A stretch of 64,000 nt of DNA from Gnetum montanum (Eukaryota; Plantae; Gnetophyta): contig MNCI01000596.1 in assembly GCA_015680685.1 (NCBI GenBank), forward strand, positions 228,571 to 292,570. The letters run 5' to 3'. Under the pieces are notes generated by a model, which searched no databases, had not been told where the DNA came from, and saw only the letters and a list, made by a program, of their open reading frames with translations. The position numbers and the translations under genes are program-made. Within the stretch, counting starts at the first letter, position 1. Every line of letters starts with the position of its first letter. This document shows positions 11,455 through 23,653 of the stretch, piece after piece.

Positions 11455-12357
11455 TGACAAGCGGCTAGGTACCCCTATGCCCAACCATACGAATCATGAG
11501 TGTTCACACGCGACTCGGTCAAAATTCGTAGACTGTAAGCACTTAACATACACCAGACTTCTAACCAATGAAACCTTGGGTTAGAATAGTCGTTGTCATC
11601 CTAATCTCACTTGTGAGGTTCTGTTTATGATGGTTAAGTGAGACTAAGGCTAATGATTTTTATATCTTTTTAATTATCTTTTGGCGGCTAATTGAGGTAT
11701 GAAAAGTAAGGAATAAACTATTACCTAATCTATAATTATCCTAGCTTATATTCTAACTATTCCTAGCGTAAGTATCCCATCCCATCTTTCGAGCACATTC
11801 TGAGCATCTCCTAACACTTCTGGGTTACCAAACGTTAAGCGTCACTGGGCTTACCAAGTGTTTGGGTTATGTTTGAGATGGTCGTACTTATGGCCCTTAA
11901 TAACTACGAATGAACAATAGCGATGGAAATTATAATAAAAAAAAACTCAAGTAATTAACATGTAACTAATAAAGCATAAGCATATTAAACTATTGAATGC
12001 ATAAAATAACTAAGTCCAAATGCTGCAAGGAATTCTTGAATAGTTCGTATTTATTACTGTCACGTAAATGGGCTCAGATACATCAATGCTCTTATAAAGA
12101 GCCAATCACTTTTCTTACACCTGCTGCAGGCACTTGGAAAATATTCTATCTCCTACTAGAACAAACTGCAAGAGCTTCGCTACAACTACTTAAAAAGGTG
12201 TCTAAATGAGGCGGAAGGCCCTCTTATTTATAGGCTGGGATAGGTGGCTGCATAAACGGGGCCACGTTGATGTAGGGTGGCTACGTCGACAGGCCCGTGT
12301 TGATGCGGCCACGTATACGCAGCCTAGTCGACGCATTGACTAAATGACACTTCATCA
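11455..12357 (-). repeat. E1 5' LTR (903 bp, TG...CA)
   Basis: Bounded by tgacaag at 11455 and ttcatca at 12357. TATA on minus at ~12223-12233. Homologous to the E4 and E5 LTRs. Confidence 0.9.
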
Positions 12358-12619
12358 TCTCCCTTTATTTTGAATGAAATAAAGTTTACAATTTATGTGC
12401 AAGTTTCAGTTATTTGTTTCATTTATGACATTATTTACATTCAAATCTATATCTTTTTATTTTGTTATCCCCATTTTACATTTTCTAAGTTCCTGGGTAA
12501 TTTACCAAACCATCTAGGGTACCTTGGATTCCATTTTTCAGAGACCCTAGGGATTTGGGATTAAATTTGTTACATTGCAATTTTTGGTTTTCTAGGGACC
12601 AAGATTTTTAGTCGCTATA
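12358..12619 (+). repeat. E2 5' LTR, 3' remainder after E1 insertion
   Basis: Collinear with the last ~260 bp of the 3' LTR. Ends tagtcgcta(ta) versus tagtcgctaca at 23653. Confidence 0.85.
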
Positions 12620-12625
12620 GATTTT

Positions 12626-12643
12626 TGATGCTAGAAGGAAGGC
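12626..12643 (+). promoter_or_regulatory. E2 primer-binding site (tRNA-Asn type)
   Basis: TGATGCTAGAAGGAAGGC differs by three transitions from TGGCGCTAGAAGGAGGGC, the complement of the plant tRNA-Asn(GUU) 3' end as I recall it. Confidence 0.7.
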
Positions 12644-13409
12644 ATTTGCCCAATTTCTTTGTCAAAATCAATTTGGCCCATAACCAATGTTGCTTTCCTA
12701 GCTAAAATCTGAAATTTTTTACACCAAAAAAGCCTTTGAATCTATTCATAACCAATGCTGCCACATCACTACAGTAAAATTCTTAGCATTGAAGTTGCAA
12801 GTGCATGGATTTTGGATTTTCATAACAGGTGTTGTGAATTCCTTACCAAAAACCAACATTAGTTTGGATTGGAAGCTATCCTCCCTTGGCTAACAAAATC
12901 CTTTTAGTTTGTAGTGTTGATGGTTTCAACCCTTTCAAAAGCCACTAGACTTCCAAAAGTTAACTGAACCCCCATCCCTCCTTCCTAGCTGAAAAAATTG
13001 GCAGCTTGTCAAAACCATTTTCTAGTGGAAAACACCAACTTTCCACTTTGGTTTCCAACACCCCCCTTTACCAACGTTGGCTAAGAAGGTGTGAGATCCT
13101 CCTAATTTCATCCCTCTTTCTTTTCTTACTATTTCACCTAGCATAGGTGTAGCTAGCAAGCCCAGCATTGGTGGGGTTTATATCATCCTTTATCATCTTT
13201 AGTAAGGGGGTATATCCCTTTTGACAATTACATTACTATTTATAGTAAGTGAATTTTTTGAGCTATTTTTGCTTCTTTCAAGTATTTTTAAATTACACTT
13301 ATTGGAATTTTCACTTTTTTTTACCATTTACAACCTTGTTTAGTCATTTTAAGCATTTTTCACCATGTCTTTTAATCGATCAATTGTATTGCCACTTAAC
13401 CTTACAAAC

Positions 13410-16400
13410 ATGGTATCTAGTCAAGATGCAGTTTGTGTTTATGACTCGAAAGATCCCATGGTCATAGAAAAAAGGCAATCGCTTAGGAAAATGGGTGAGA
13501 GACTGGATTTTGTAGTTATTAATGAGGAATTCTACAACTTCCTCCATGCTAAGATGTGAGGCAATCTATTAATACCATGCTCCAAATTTGATGCTAAATG
13601 TCAATTCAAAATTATATGCTAGGATGGGAAAGAATACATCCCATCCCACTATGAGCAAATTCCCCTCACTTCTATGTGCAAATTCTCACACAATGCATAG
13701 AGGTTGATGAGTTTAGTCAAGGAATTAGCTTAGAGGATCATCAAGAAGAGGAAGAGGAGTTTAAGGTTGAGTAGGTACTGGACATCTTCATTGGAAGTTT
13801 TTACCAAACTCTAGCTTCCTAAGCAACCACACTTAACTCCACATCTCTTACCTCATCAATGGAACAAGTCCCTAGACCCAACTTTCCTCCTATCCATCCT
13901 ACTATGTTTATGTCCACATCCATCATTGGCACACACTAAACATGACTTGTGTCTCAATCCACTTCCTTATTCTCATCAGTGCCCTTTGCCACGATGCCCA
14001 ACTTTGTTCATCTAGCCATGGTGATGTCTACCTCACCATCTCCCTTTAACATACTATTGGAACTCTCATTGGGATTCCAAGCAACATAAGCATCTCATAC
14101 CTCATTTTTCCTCTTTGTGCCTCATGTTTTAACACAAACTTCCTTTTCCTTATTTAGCCCACCTATGACCACCATAACCTAGCCTCTCCCTTTGATACTA
14201 TAGCCTATCGTAAGATACCAAGTCTCATAACTTCTTCCTCAATCATCAACATAGGCACTAAAGCCTAAGGGGATGCCCCAAGGCTTGGATCAAGCTTTTG
14301 AAATGATCCAAGACCTTAACGAAGAATTGTGAAAATTTAAGACCAATACAACTCAAACAGTCAAGGTTCTAGATTTCTACCAAAATGATCTTGTAAGTCC
14401 TATTGTGCCTCAAATAACCTTGCCCATAGGCTTGCTTATTCCAAACTTCACCAAAAACAATGGTTAAGGGGATCCCAATGCACATCTAGTATGCTTTCGA
14501 TCTGAGTACCTCTTTTTGCAAGCTTGGCCTCATACAATATTGTGAGTTTTCATCATGTCTCTCAAGGGTAAGTCTCTAGATTAGTATCGAATCTTGCCTA
14601 GGAGTTTAATCTCTTCCCTTGAGGACTTGATCAACTAGTTTTTCAACCACTTTAGATACTTGAAACTAGATGCCATATTAAATCAACTAATGAAGGTGAG
14701 GCAGGGGTGACTTGAACCAGTCAAGAGGTTCATTCAAAGGTGGAACTCGATACTTAATGAGATCTTAGAGCCTATTGTTAAAACTCACCTCTTGGTCATT
14801 TACAAAGGAGTAGTAAATGAATTTATTAAATCAAAGATCTATTACTTAGAGTCTCAATCACTAAGCCAAGCCCTCTCACAAACCGAGAACATTGAGGAGG
14901 TAGCTAATGTAAGTAATGATCTAGCATATGTAGCCTACAAATACCAACATGTAAGAAGGGATAGGGATAAAGCCAGGCAAGAACATATAATTGTGGCTAT
15001 AGTAATAAAAAAGTCAAAACAAGGAGAGAGGATGGGATCACTAGCATGCAACACATCCCTTGAGTCATCGCAACCACTTACTTCTTACATCCCAAATCAA
15101 TCAACATCAAAATTTGGACATAAGGATAGGTCTCAGTACAATAGGTTGTGTATGAAGCTCTCTAAGCTCTTAGAATAGTTACTTAAAGAAAACCATATAC
15201 AGCATAAGAAATTTTCTAAAGAAACTCGTAAGAGGTATAATCATTTTTGTGACATAACTAGAGACCCAATGATAACTACTAAAGACAATCCTAAGCTACC
15301 AAGGTACTTCAAGTTGAATAGGTATTTCCATTATCATCAAATGGGTAGTCATGACACCATTTTTTGCCTAGCATTAAAGGATGACCTCCAAAAGATGATA
15401 AGCCATAGAGAGTTGGTAATAAATGAGACCAGATTTCCAAGTGCTGATAACAACTCCTACATCGTATCCTCATTCACAAAAGCCAAATGGTCTAATCCTT
15501 CTAGGGAATCATTTGTCATTAGAGTACCACCACAATCCCAAAACATAAATCTAAAAGAGCCATTTGTCATATGGTTGCCACCTTCTTCAGCTTCTAAGGA
15601 GCCTTTCATCATACGTGTCCCCCCTTGAATGGCTTCAACATCACAACATAATCAATGAGTTGCTAATCCTTCAAAGCCTAGGAAACCATTTTTTATCTAA
15701 GTTCCTCCATCTTTAACAAGTAAGACCACAACAACACATGATCAAAGCCCACCTATAGTGGCCCACAACTTAGAGGTTAGCAAGAAACCAATGATATAAT
15801 GGTGATGAAGGCAACCTATCACCAAATCAACAAATAAGCCCTCTTAAGGAAACCAATTAAGACCTACACTAAGACCAACTACATCAATGGACAAGGGACC
15901 TAAGGCACATGCATCGAAGCCCAAGCCAAATGATCCCTTAAATAAAAGGACACAACACTGAGCTTATATGACCTAGTCATGACTTATCCCATGCATAGGA
16001 ATGCACTAGCTCAAGTGTTAACCTCCATTCTTGTGAGTAGAGACATGCCAGTGAGTAGAGACATGCCAGTGAGTAGAAAGTTGATTCACTCTATCATTGA
16101 GCAAGCTTCACTTAGGGAAAATGGGAATCAACCCATGCTCAACCTTCATGATAGTGAAGTGAAAATTAACTCTTGAAATGGAGAATTGCTATCTACTCCT
16201 CTCCTCATTACTATACACATTGGTAGGTACAAGGTACATCGTGTTCATGTAGATGATGGGACAACCATGAATGTGATACCATATTCTGTTGTTGACAAAC
16301 TAGGCCTAACTGAGAATATTCAAACAACCACTACCTTAGCAGTCAAGTCATTCAATGACTCACAAGTAGCAATGTGATGTTTCATCACTTTGGATTTCAT

Positions 16401-16610
16401 AGTCGGTGAGTAGTTTTCCACATCCACCAACTTCCTAGTGGTTGAAGAGACACTTGGTTTCAACTTGATCCTAGGAAGGCCATGGTTAGCAAAGCTTCAA
16501 GTAGTTTCATGTCCTATACATCAAGAGATGCACTTTTCATATGAATGCAGGGAAATTATGATTCGTGAGAGTAATGTCTCATTGTCCTCACTTAATTATG
16601 TCAACATTGA
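13410..16610 (+). pseudogene. E2 gag-protease, degenerate
   Basis: Retrotrans-gag PNFTK..GDPNAHLVCF..SLKGKSL.WY-like at ~14440-14620; zinc finger YFHYHQMGSHDTIFCLALKDDLQKMI (15269-15628); protease HRVHVDDGTTMNVIP...NLILGRPW (16186-16490). Confidence 0.82.
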
Positions 16611-17504
16611 TTGAGGTTTAGAGGTGGAGTTTCAAGAAGAAACTCCTAACACTCAAACTGGGGCCAACCACAATGAGAATAACAATGATAGAAATAGCAT
16701 CTACTCTATGACATGATACAATAAATGAAGATGCCTAGCACTTGCCATGCTAAATGAGAGAAATGATGATCATAGGGTCATACCAAAAGGATTCCTTAAC
16801 CTCTCAAAGATCAAACAACAAGTTCATGATAAACATTTCAACCATTCTTTTACCAATTATTTGTTTACCTTTACAACATTATATCATGTTTCACTATTGT
16901 CTCTAACCTTATGTGCTCTTTTGAGAGAATCCCATACTTGTAATGAAAGTATGAAAATTGGCCTACTAAGGCATAACACTTGCACTATGACCTACCAAGG
17001 CCTAAAACAAGTGAAGCCATAGCCTTCCAAGGCCTAAGCCTAGCATCCAAATAAGCCTTGTAATGGGTTCTAAGCATCAACCGTGACCCTATAACTTTTC
17101 CCCCTTGCCGTTTTTGGCAATTGCCATCAACATACATAAAACCCTTTTCCAAGTCCTAAATGACCATAGATTTCATCTTGATAGCCCTGGTGCCCCTTCA
17201 TGATCCTTAATAGTCAACATTTAATGAAACTTGAGTCGATTTCCATCCTTGAAGCCTTCTCCATGTTGGTGAACCCTCCATCCATGTTGCCTAGAGTGGA
17301 GCTAGTGTGGATGCCTTGGGGGTATGTAATAAAACCTATTTTGTAGTGAAAAATAACCTAATAACCTACCCTAGTGACCTCTAGACCCTGTTGAAGCTTG
17401 CCATAGCCTTTAGATGCTACAAAACTAAGCAAAAATGGTAAAAATCAATTACCCCCTCCCATACCCAGTGTGGAGAAAGGGTAGGGTGGGGGGAGAGAGA
17501 GGGG

Positions 17505-18167
17505 GAGAATGATTGCATGAACACCTATGAGCCTTCAAATTGATGGATTTTGACATCAAATCTTGACCATCGACATCGAGAACCTTGGAGGCTCACATTC
17601 ATGATGGATTTACTATCAAAAGAGCCTAGATCTAACATTTCCCTCTCATCCATGTTGGGTCCACTATGCCCTCTGAGGAAAAAGCGGGATTGATTGCATG
17701 AGGTACCTAGGAGCCTCCAAACTAGTGACACTAAATCTCGACCATTGACATCAGCAACCCCAAAGGATAACATGCATGGTCAATTTGCTTTCAAAAGAGC
17801 CTAGATATAATATTTCCTCTCCTCCACATTTGGGACACCATGTCCAACGTGAAAAAGGGGGGTTGATTGCATGATGCACCTAAGAACCTCCACATTGGTA
17901 ACTTTTGGCACCAAGTCTACACCATCGACACTAGTAACACCGAAGGATAACATGCATGGTTGATTTGTTGTCAAAAGAGCCTAGATATAATATTTCCTCT
18001 CCTCCACATTGGGGACACCATGTCCAACGTGAAAAAGGGGGGTTGATTGCATGATGCACCTAAGAACCTCCACATTGGTAACTTTTGGCACCAAGTCTAC
18101 ACCATCGACACCAGTAACACCGAAGGATAACATGCATGGTCAATTTGCTTTCAAAAGAGCCTAGATC
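17505..18167 (+). repeat. 180-bp tandem repeat, ~3.7 copies
   Basis: Units at 17761-17940 and 17941-18120 differ at about 7 positions. There is a partial unit at 18121-18167 and more diverged copies at 17505-17760. Confidence 0.92.
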
Positions 18168-21163
18168 TGATACTTTTGGTTGTTCTATGATACGGGTGAC
18201 CTCTTTCATGCTAGCCAATGTGGATATAGCTAGGAAGGTTTATGACGGATTCTAGATGCATCAAAATAATGCCAAGTTACCTTGTATTTGCATCAAAACC
18301 TTATTAGCCCTTTTGGAAGCCAATAGACTTCCAGAAATGAAAACAAATCAACCCCCTAATGGTCCTCCACATTGAGGGGGACGTTATCCATGTTGAGCAC
18401 CCCTACCCTAGTGTGGATGGAAGGGTATAAAGCTAAAATTTGTGAAATTTTCATGGAAATTAACTACTGGAAATAACCCAACCCTTTTGAAAGCCACTAG
18501 ACTTTCAAAAGTCAACCAAAATAGCCTAAAATTGCTTTGCTTTAGTTCTCCACGCTAGTGAGGATCCTATCCATGTTGAGCATGGTAGCCCTAACATGGA
18601 TGGAGAGGGGTAAGCCCAAAAACCATCTTACAACCCTTAAACTTACCAAATTTTGACCCTAGGCTTTAACCATCAATACCAACAACCTCAAAGATGCATA
18701 TGCATGGCCAAAAGTGATAAAAAATTGGTAAAAAGTAGGCTCCCTTCTGCCACATTGGCTAGTGTGGATACAATGTGGATACTAGTAGGTGACTCATAAA
18801 TGGCCCATAGACATCTCAAACAGACACTAGATAGCCTTGCATGTACCTTAGGACCTTGTTTGCACCTCCCAAAGCCCTCATACTCTCCAAAACTGATCAC
18901 AAATAGCCAAAAGCTATCCCCCTTGGATCTTCCTAGCTAGATCTAGACTGACCATGGTGGCCCCAGTATGGAGGAAAGGGAGTAACATAAAAATCCACTT
19001 AGAAACACTCAAAATTACCAAAATTTAATCCTAAACCCTAGCCCTTGAACTTGGTAGCTTTAGGAGCTAACATGCATGGTCAATTTTGGTCAAAACTGGC
19101 CTAGACATGCACATTGGGGAATGCCTCCTCCATGTTGAGTAGTGGAGAACCAGCTTAGAAGATCTACCTTTAAACTTTTGGCTATATATTGACATTCTTA
19201 GAGATCAAAAACCTACACTAGAGAAGCCTAAGACCTCATAGCCTCAAGTTGAAGTCTGTTGGATCTTGTTTTGGTCCTTAAATCTCATCAACTCCCATCT
19301 TCCATGCTGGAATAACTCCCCTATTGTGAATTAAGGGGGTGTAATCTTACATAGCCTCAAACAACCTCCAAACATGACCAAAATCAGTGAAAAACTTGGG
19401 AAATAATGGTCTACAGTCCTAGAGGCCTAAATACCTAGTCAATGTGCTCCCAAATCACCTAAAGATAAAGAAAAAGTCCACCCCCATTCTTCCATGTCGA
19501 GGCCACCATGCTCAATGTGGAAAAAATGGAGAAAGCTATCCCAACTTACTTTAGTATTTAAAACCCTTCGAAATGGCCTCAAAATGTAGCTAGGAGATGC
19601 ATAATTTCTAGATCTTGATTCAAAATGTCATGCAACCCTATTTAATCCTATTTTGGCATAGATTTGATTCCTCTACATTGAGCCCCCTTCCATCCATGCT
19701 GGCCAACATGGAGATAGGGGGTGAAGCTTCAAGACCTACTTTTGACCTTTTTTGACCTTCAAAGTGATTTATTTTGACAAATCTAGCCTTGTGTTGTCTT
19801 GGAAAGGCCCCAAAACCTTAATTTTGATCCTCTTGATACCGTACAACACATTTTTCTTAGCCTCCATGTTGGCTAGCATGGCTCCAATGGGAAGATGTTT
19901 TCAAGCTCCAATCGAGGGTTCCATAAGTTGAAACTGATGCTAAAACTAGCCCATTCCCTTTCCCAGTCAACTATGCTAACATGCAAGACATCAGAACTCA
20001 AATATTGACCAAACCAAGTATAGAAAACTATCTGGATGTTTCTTCCACATTGGGGGTCATTTCTTCCATGTTGGCTAGCATGGAAATAGGGGGTTCTAAA
20101 ATGGAAGCATTAAAATCCTTTCTTTTTTAGTTCAAACAGCCCAGAAACAACCTCTGTTGATGTCCAAACTTACCCAACAACATTGTAGCCCTAAACCATG
20201 GCCTGCTAAGGCCTAAAATTACCAAAATCTAATTCTTTTGATCATATTTTAACCAAGATTCATTATATGTGTCCCACTTTGCCTTATTTGGCCATGTTTC
20301 ATCATGTTACAACCTATTTTGACAACCATTACATTGCTGACATAGTTTAATCTTAATACTACTTCTCTATTATGGCCTCTTTGGATCTTTATTTAGCCTC
20401 TGATTAGTGTTCAGTGATGGGTTTGAAAATCCTTGACCATCATTTGACATCATGTAGCCATGACCTGCCAAGGCCTTAAAGTAGCAATCCCATGGCCTAC
20501 TAAGGCCTAAAACTAGCAAAGTATAACCATATTTAACCATGTTTAACCTTATATTGCCTTATTAATCTCTATTGACCATGCTTTAACATATTTTGGCATT
20601 AATTTAATTTATTTAGATGAACTTTAAGAATTATTATTAATGCATTTTTACATTATTTATCAAATTTATTACACATGCTACTTGACATGCTAATGTTATC
20701 ATGCAGGATGAAGCTAGGAGAATGGAGAAGCAAACTTGACTAGCAGTAAATCCCTCTCTTGATCTTCTTAAATAAAACTTTGAGCCTTGAAACCATTACA
20801 CTATATAGTCATAACACCTTGATGCAACCCAATGACCATTAACCTTGATACCAAAAACATCATGGAGGGTCTCTTAGTCAAAGTTACCATCTAAACCATG
20901 ATGGTGAGGAAAAAGCACATGGAACCAAGTTCCTCACTAGAACTTAAACCTACTCATGACCATATCAAAACCTTGTTATGCAATATTAAAGCCATCACAT
21001 AGCCCTGATTATGCCTAACACTCACATGTTTTCTTGTAGTGTTATTTATTATTATTGACAAGTTCTAATGAATGACTAATGTTGATGATTTCAACGGTGT
21101 ACAACAAATGAGTGTACATTACATGTTTGCATAATAGAGGGACATCTTTCTATAATCTATTGA

Positions 21164-21417
21164 GGCCTTAAACTGACAATATAGCTTGATAAGACCTTAA
21201 ACTAATTCCATAATCTATTGTGACCTTAAGCTAGCACCATGGCCTGTCTAGGCCTTAAACTGATACCATGGTCTTCCAAGGCCTTAAACTGGCACAATGA
21301 TCTGCTACAACCTTAAGTTGGCAACCTTGTCTACTATGATCATAAACTAGCACCATGGCCTGCCAGGGCCTTAAACTGGTAACATGACCCATTGCAACCT
21401 TAAGCTAGCAATATTGG
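21164..21417 (+). repeat. 29-bp minisatellite, ~9 copies (consensus ~GGCCTTAAACTGGCACCATGGCCTGCCAA)
   Basis: Exact 29-nt period of RRCCTTAARCT. Related units at ~16960-17040, 20195-20220 and 20455-20515. Confidence 0.88.
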
Positions 21418-22401
21418 TAACCTAGGTGGCTTCGTTTTATCATCTTTATGTCTTGTATGCATTGTAATGACATGCTCTATTTGCTTGGTTTTCTTGTCCT
21501 CTAAAGTTGTGTTTGTAGGATGAAGCTTGGAGCCATTGTAAAGGTGTAGCCCATCACAACAATAAGCCACCATGTGACCTCAATGTTCAAAATTTGGTGA
21601 GTTTGTTCTGCAATGTCAAGAGTCCATGTACCATTTCCCTCCCTCTAGCACTATTCCTCGAGTCCAACCATGTAACTTAATGATGATCTTCCATACCTTA
21701 GAAACTAATGTTGACCTATGTTTTCCATTCATGCACTATGGCCATATGATATCTCTTCATCATGCTCCATGCTCAAGTCCACTTGAATGTAATGTAGCTC
21801 ATTTAGTGGAAAAACAATTATGTTCATCAAACATAAATAGTTTTATGAAAAAGCCAAGTCTATTGAGTGTAATGCAACTCACTCACCGGGAAAACCATAT
21901 CAAACCAGCCCTGGCAATGAAACCTAATGAACCCATTGAAGGTTTTAACCCATAAAAATAAAAAAAATGGGGAAGAAAATTGCCAAGAAGTTGAAATAAC
22001 CTATAAGGATAAAAAGTCTAAAAGAATAGATTAATGACTCCAAACATGCAAATGGATGAGCCTAGAGCCAAAGAAACTTTGGAGCAAGATGTTGGCTCCT
22101 CAAATGCATCCACTCAATGACCAACATCTCAAAACATGAAGCACCAAAAGCTATTGATGGACCAACATATTAGTGTCATAGCCATGATGTTAACACTTGG
22201 AACGCATTGTTTGCCCTCATAACCATTTCCTTATAACCTCATTACCATTCCCTCACCATAGCCTTATCCCACCATCATAAGCATTCTTTGGCATGATTTA
22301 ACATGATCAAATCAAGTGCAAAGAGAAAAAATTGGTGGTGGACTATAGTGGTGTTTTGTATTCTTTGTCCATGCCTCTCAAGTCAATCCTTCAAATACCA
22401 A

Positions 22402-22415
22402 CAAAGAGGGGCCAA
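22402..22415 (+). promoter_or_regulatory. E2 polypurine tract
   Basis: CAAAGAGGGGCCAA directly precedes TGAAACACC (LTR start). Confidence 0.7.
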
Positions 22416-23653
22416 TGAAACACCACCAAATTTGCATGTTGTAGCCTTTATAACCCCATCCCATGAAACCCAAGGCTAAACATCATTGTAAATGTGAAGA
22501 TCGTAAACTGTAAGATGTAATCTGACATATTTTATAGTTTTAGAGCTTAAAACACCTCATAAGTGATCAAAGTTGCATCCTCCAAGTGAAAAAAGTCACA
22601 TAGTGTCTATATTTGGGCTTGGGAGATTAAAAATGCCTTTTGGGATGCCAAAATTGATATTTTGATTGGTTTCATGGGGGGTATTTCATTTTTTGCACTG
22701 GAGATGCATGCATGGGGGTAAAACTCACCTAACCCTAATGTGAAAACTTCATGCTTAGCATGGAACTTTAGGTCCAATGTGGAAACTTCATGCTTGGCAT
22801 GGAAACTTTAGGTCTAGTGTGAAAGATTTTCCCTAGCCTAGAAGATCTCCCTCTAGCGTGGAAGATCTTCCTCTAGCATGGAAGGTCTACTTCCAACATA
22901 AAGGCCATCTTGCTAGAGTGGATGTCATTTGCGTTTTTACTATTTTTAGTAAATAGAATGGCCATGGGGGTATGATGCTTACTATATATGGTAACTCCCA
23001 AAAGTTTGGCACATACCCCACTTGAAAAGTAACAGAAATATGTAGCCAAATTGTAGCCAAATTTGCAACAAAAATTAATGCCAAAACCCTATATAAACCA
23101 ATTCCAAACACCATTTTGAGGTCTGAACCCCTTAGCACACATACACTTTGGCATTTTTGGCCTTCAAGAGCTTTGAACACACACAAAGCTTCTTGAATTT
23201 CCAACATGAAACCCCCCATAACCATTATTACACCACCCCCTGTAACACCAACATTGTAGAATTGGTGGAGTTTGCAACAAGGTTTCATATTTTTGGGAGT
23301 TGTGGAGCATCCAAACCATGGAGCAATGGATTCCAAGCCCCCATCAAAGTGAACCCCCTACTCCATCAAGCTATCTTGTACACATTTTCTGTACCCCCTT
23401 TATTTTGAATGAAATAAAGTTTATAGTTTGTGTGCAAGTTTTATTTATTCATTTCATTTCTGACATTATTTACGTTCATATTTGTATCTTTTCATTTTTT
23501 ATCCCTGTTTTGCATTTTCTAAGTCCCTAGGTAGTCTACTAGACTATCCAAGGTACCTTGGATCCCATTTTTCAGAGGCTTTGGAAATTTGAGGTTAAAG
23601 CTATTGCACTGAAATTTTCAATTTTCTAGCAACCAAGATTTTTAGTCGCTACA
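22416..23653 (+). repeat. E2 3' LTR (~1238 bp, TG...CA)
   Basis: Follows the PPT. Contains a ~20-bp AGCGTGGA-type array (22735-22922) and TATA cctatataaac at ~23088. Ends gtcgctaca. Confidence 0.82.

Larger units (their letters stand above)
1..12357 (-). mobile_element. E1: Athila-like Ty3/gypsy LTR retrotransposon (degenerate; most of the 3' LTR lies left of the window)
   Basis: 1-137 aligns ungapped to 12221-12357 (15 differences in 137 nt, 14 of them transitions). Minus-strand domain order is gag-PR-RT-RH-INT, with no chromodomain or extra RNase H seen. It has a tRNA-Asp-type PBS, a PPT and an extra ORF between INT and the 3' LTR. Confidence 0.93.
12358..23653 (+). mobile_element. E2: Tat-like Ty3/gypsy non-autonomous element (gag + protease only, TR-GAG-like); 5' LTR interrupted by E1
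   Basis: 12361-12619 matches 23396-23653 (roughly 80% identical by eye). It has a tRNA-Asn-type PBS, gag, a Tat-type zinc finger and protease. No RT/RH/INT motifs were found in 16600-22400. PPT lies before the 3' LTR. Confidence 0.82.

Noticed and set aside
21164-21417. 29-bp periodic array as a CRISPR-like locus
   Set aside because: Units are contiguous diverged tandem copies with no unique spacers, no cas genes are present, and the context is a eukaryotic retroelement.
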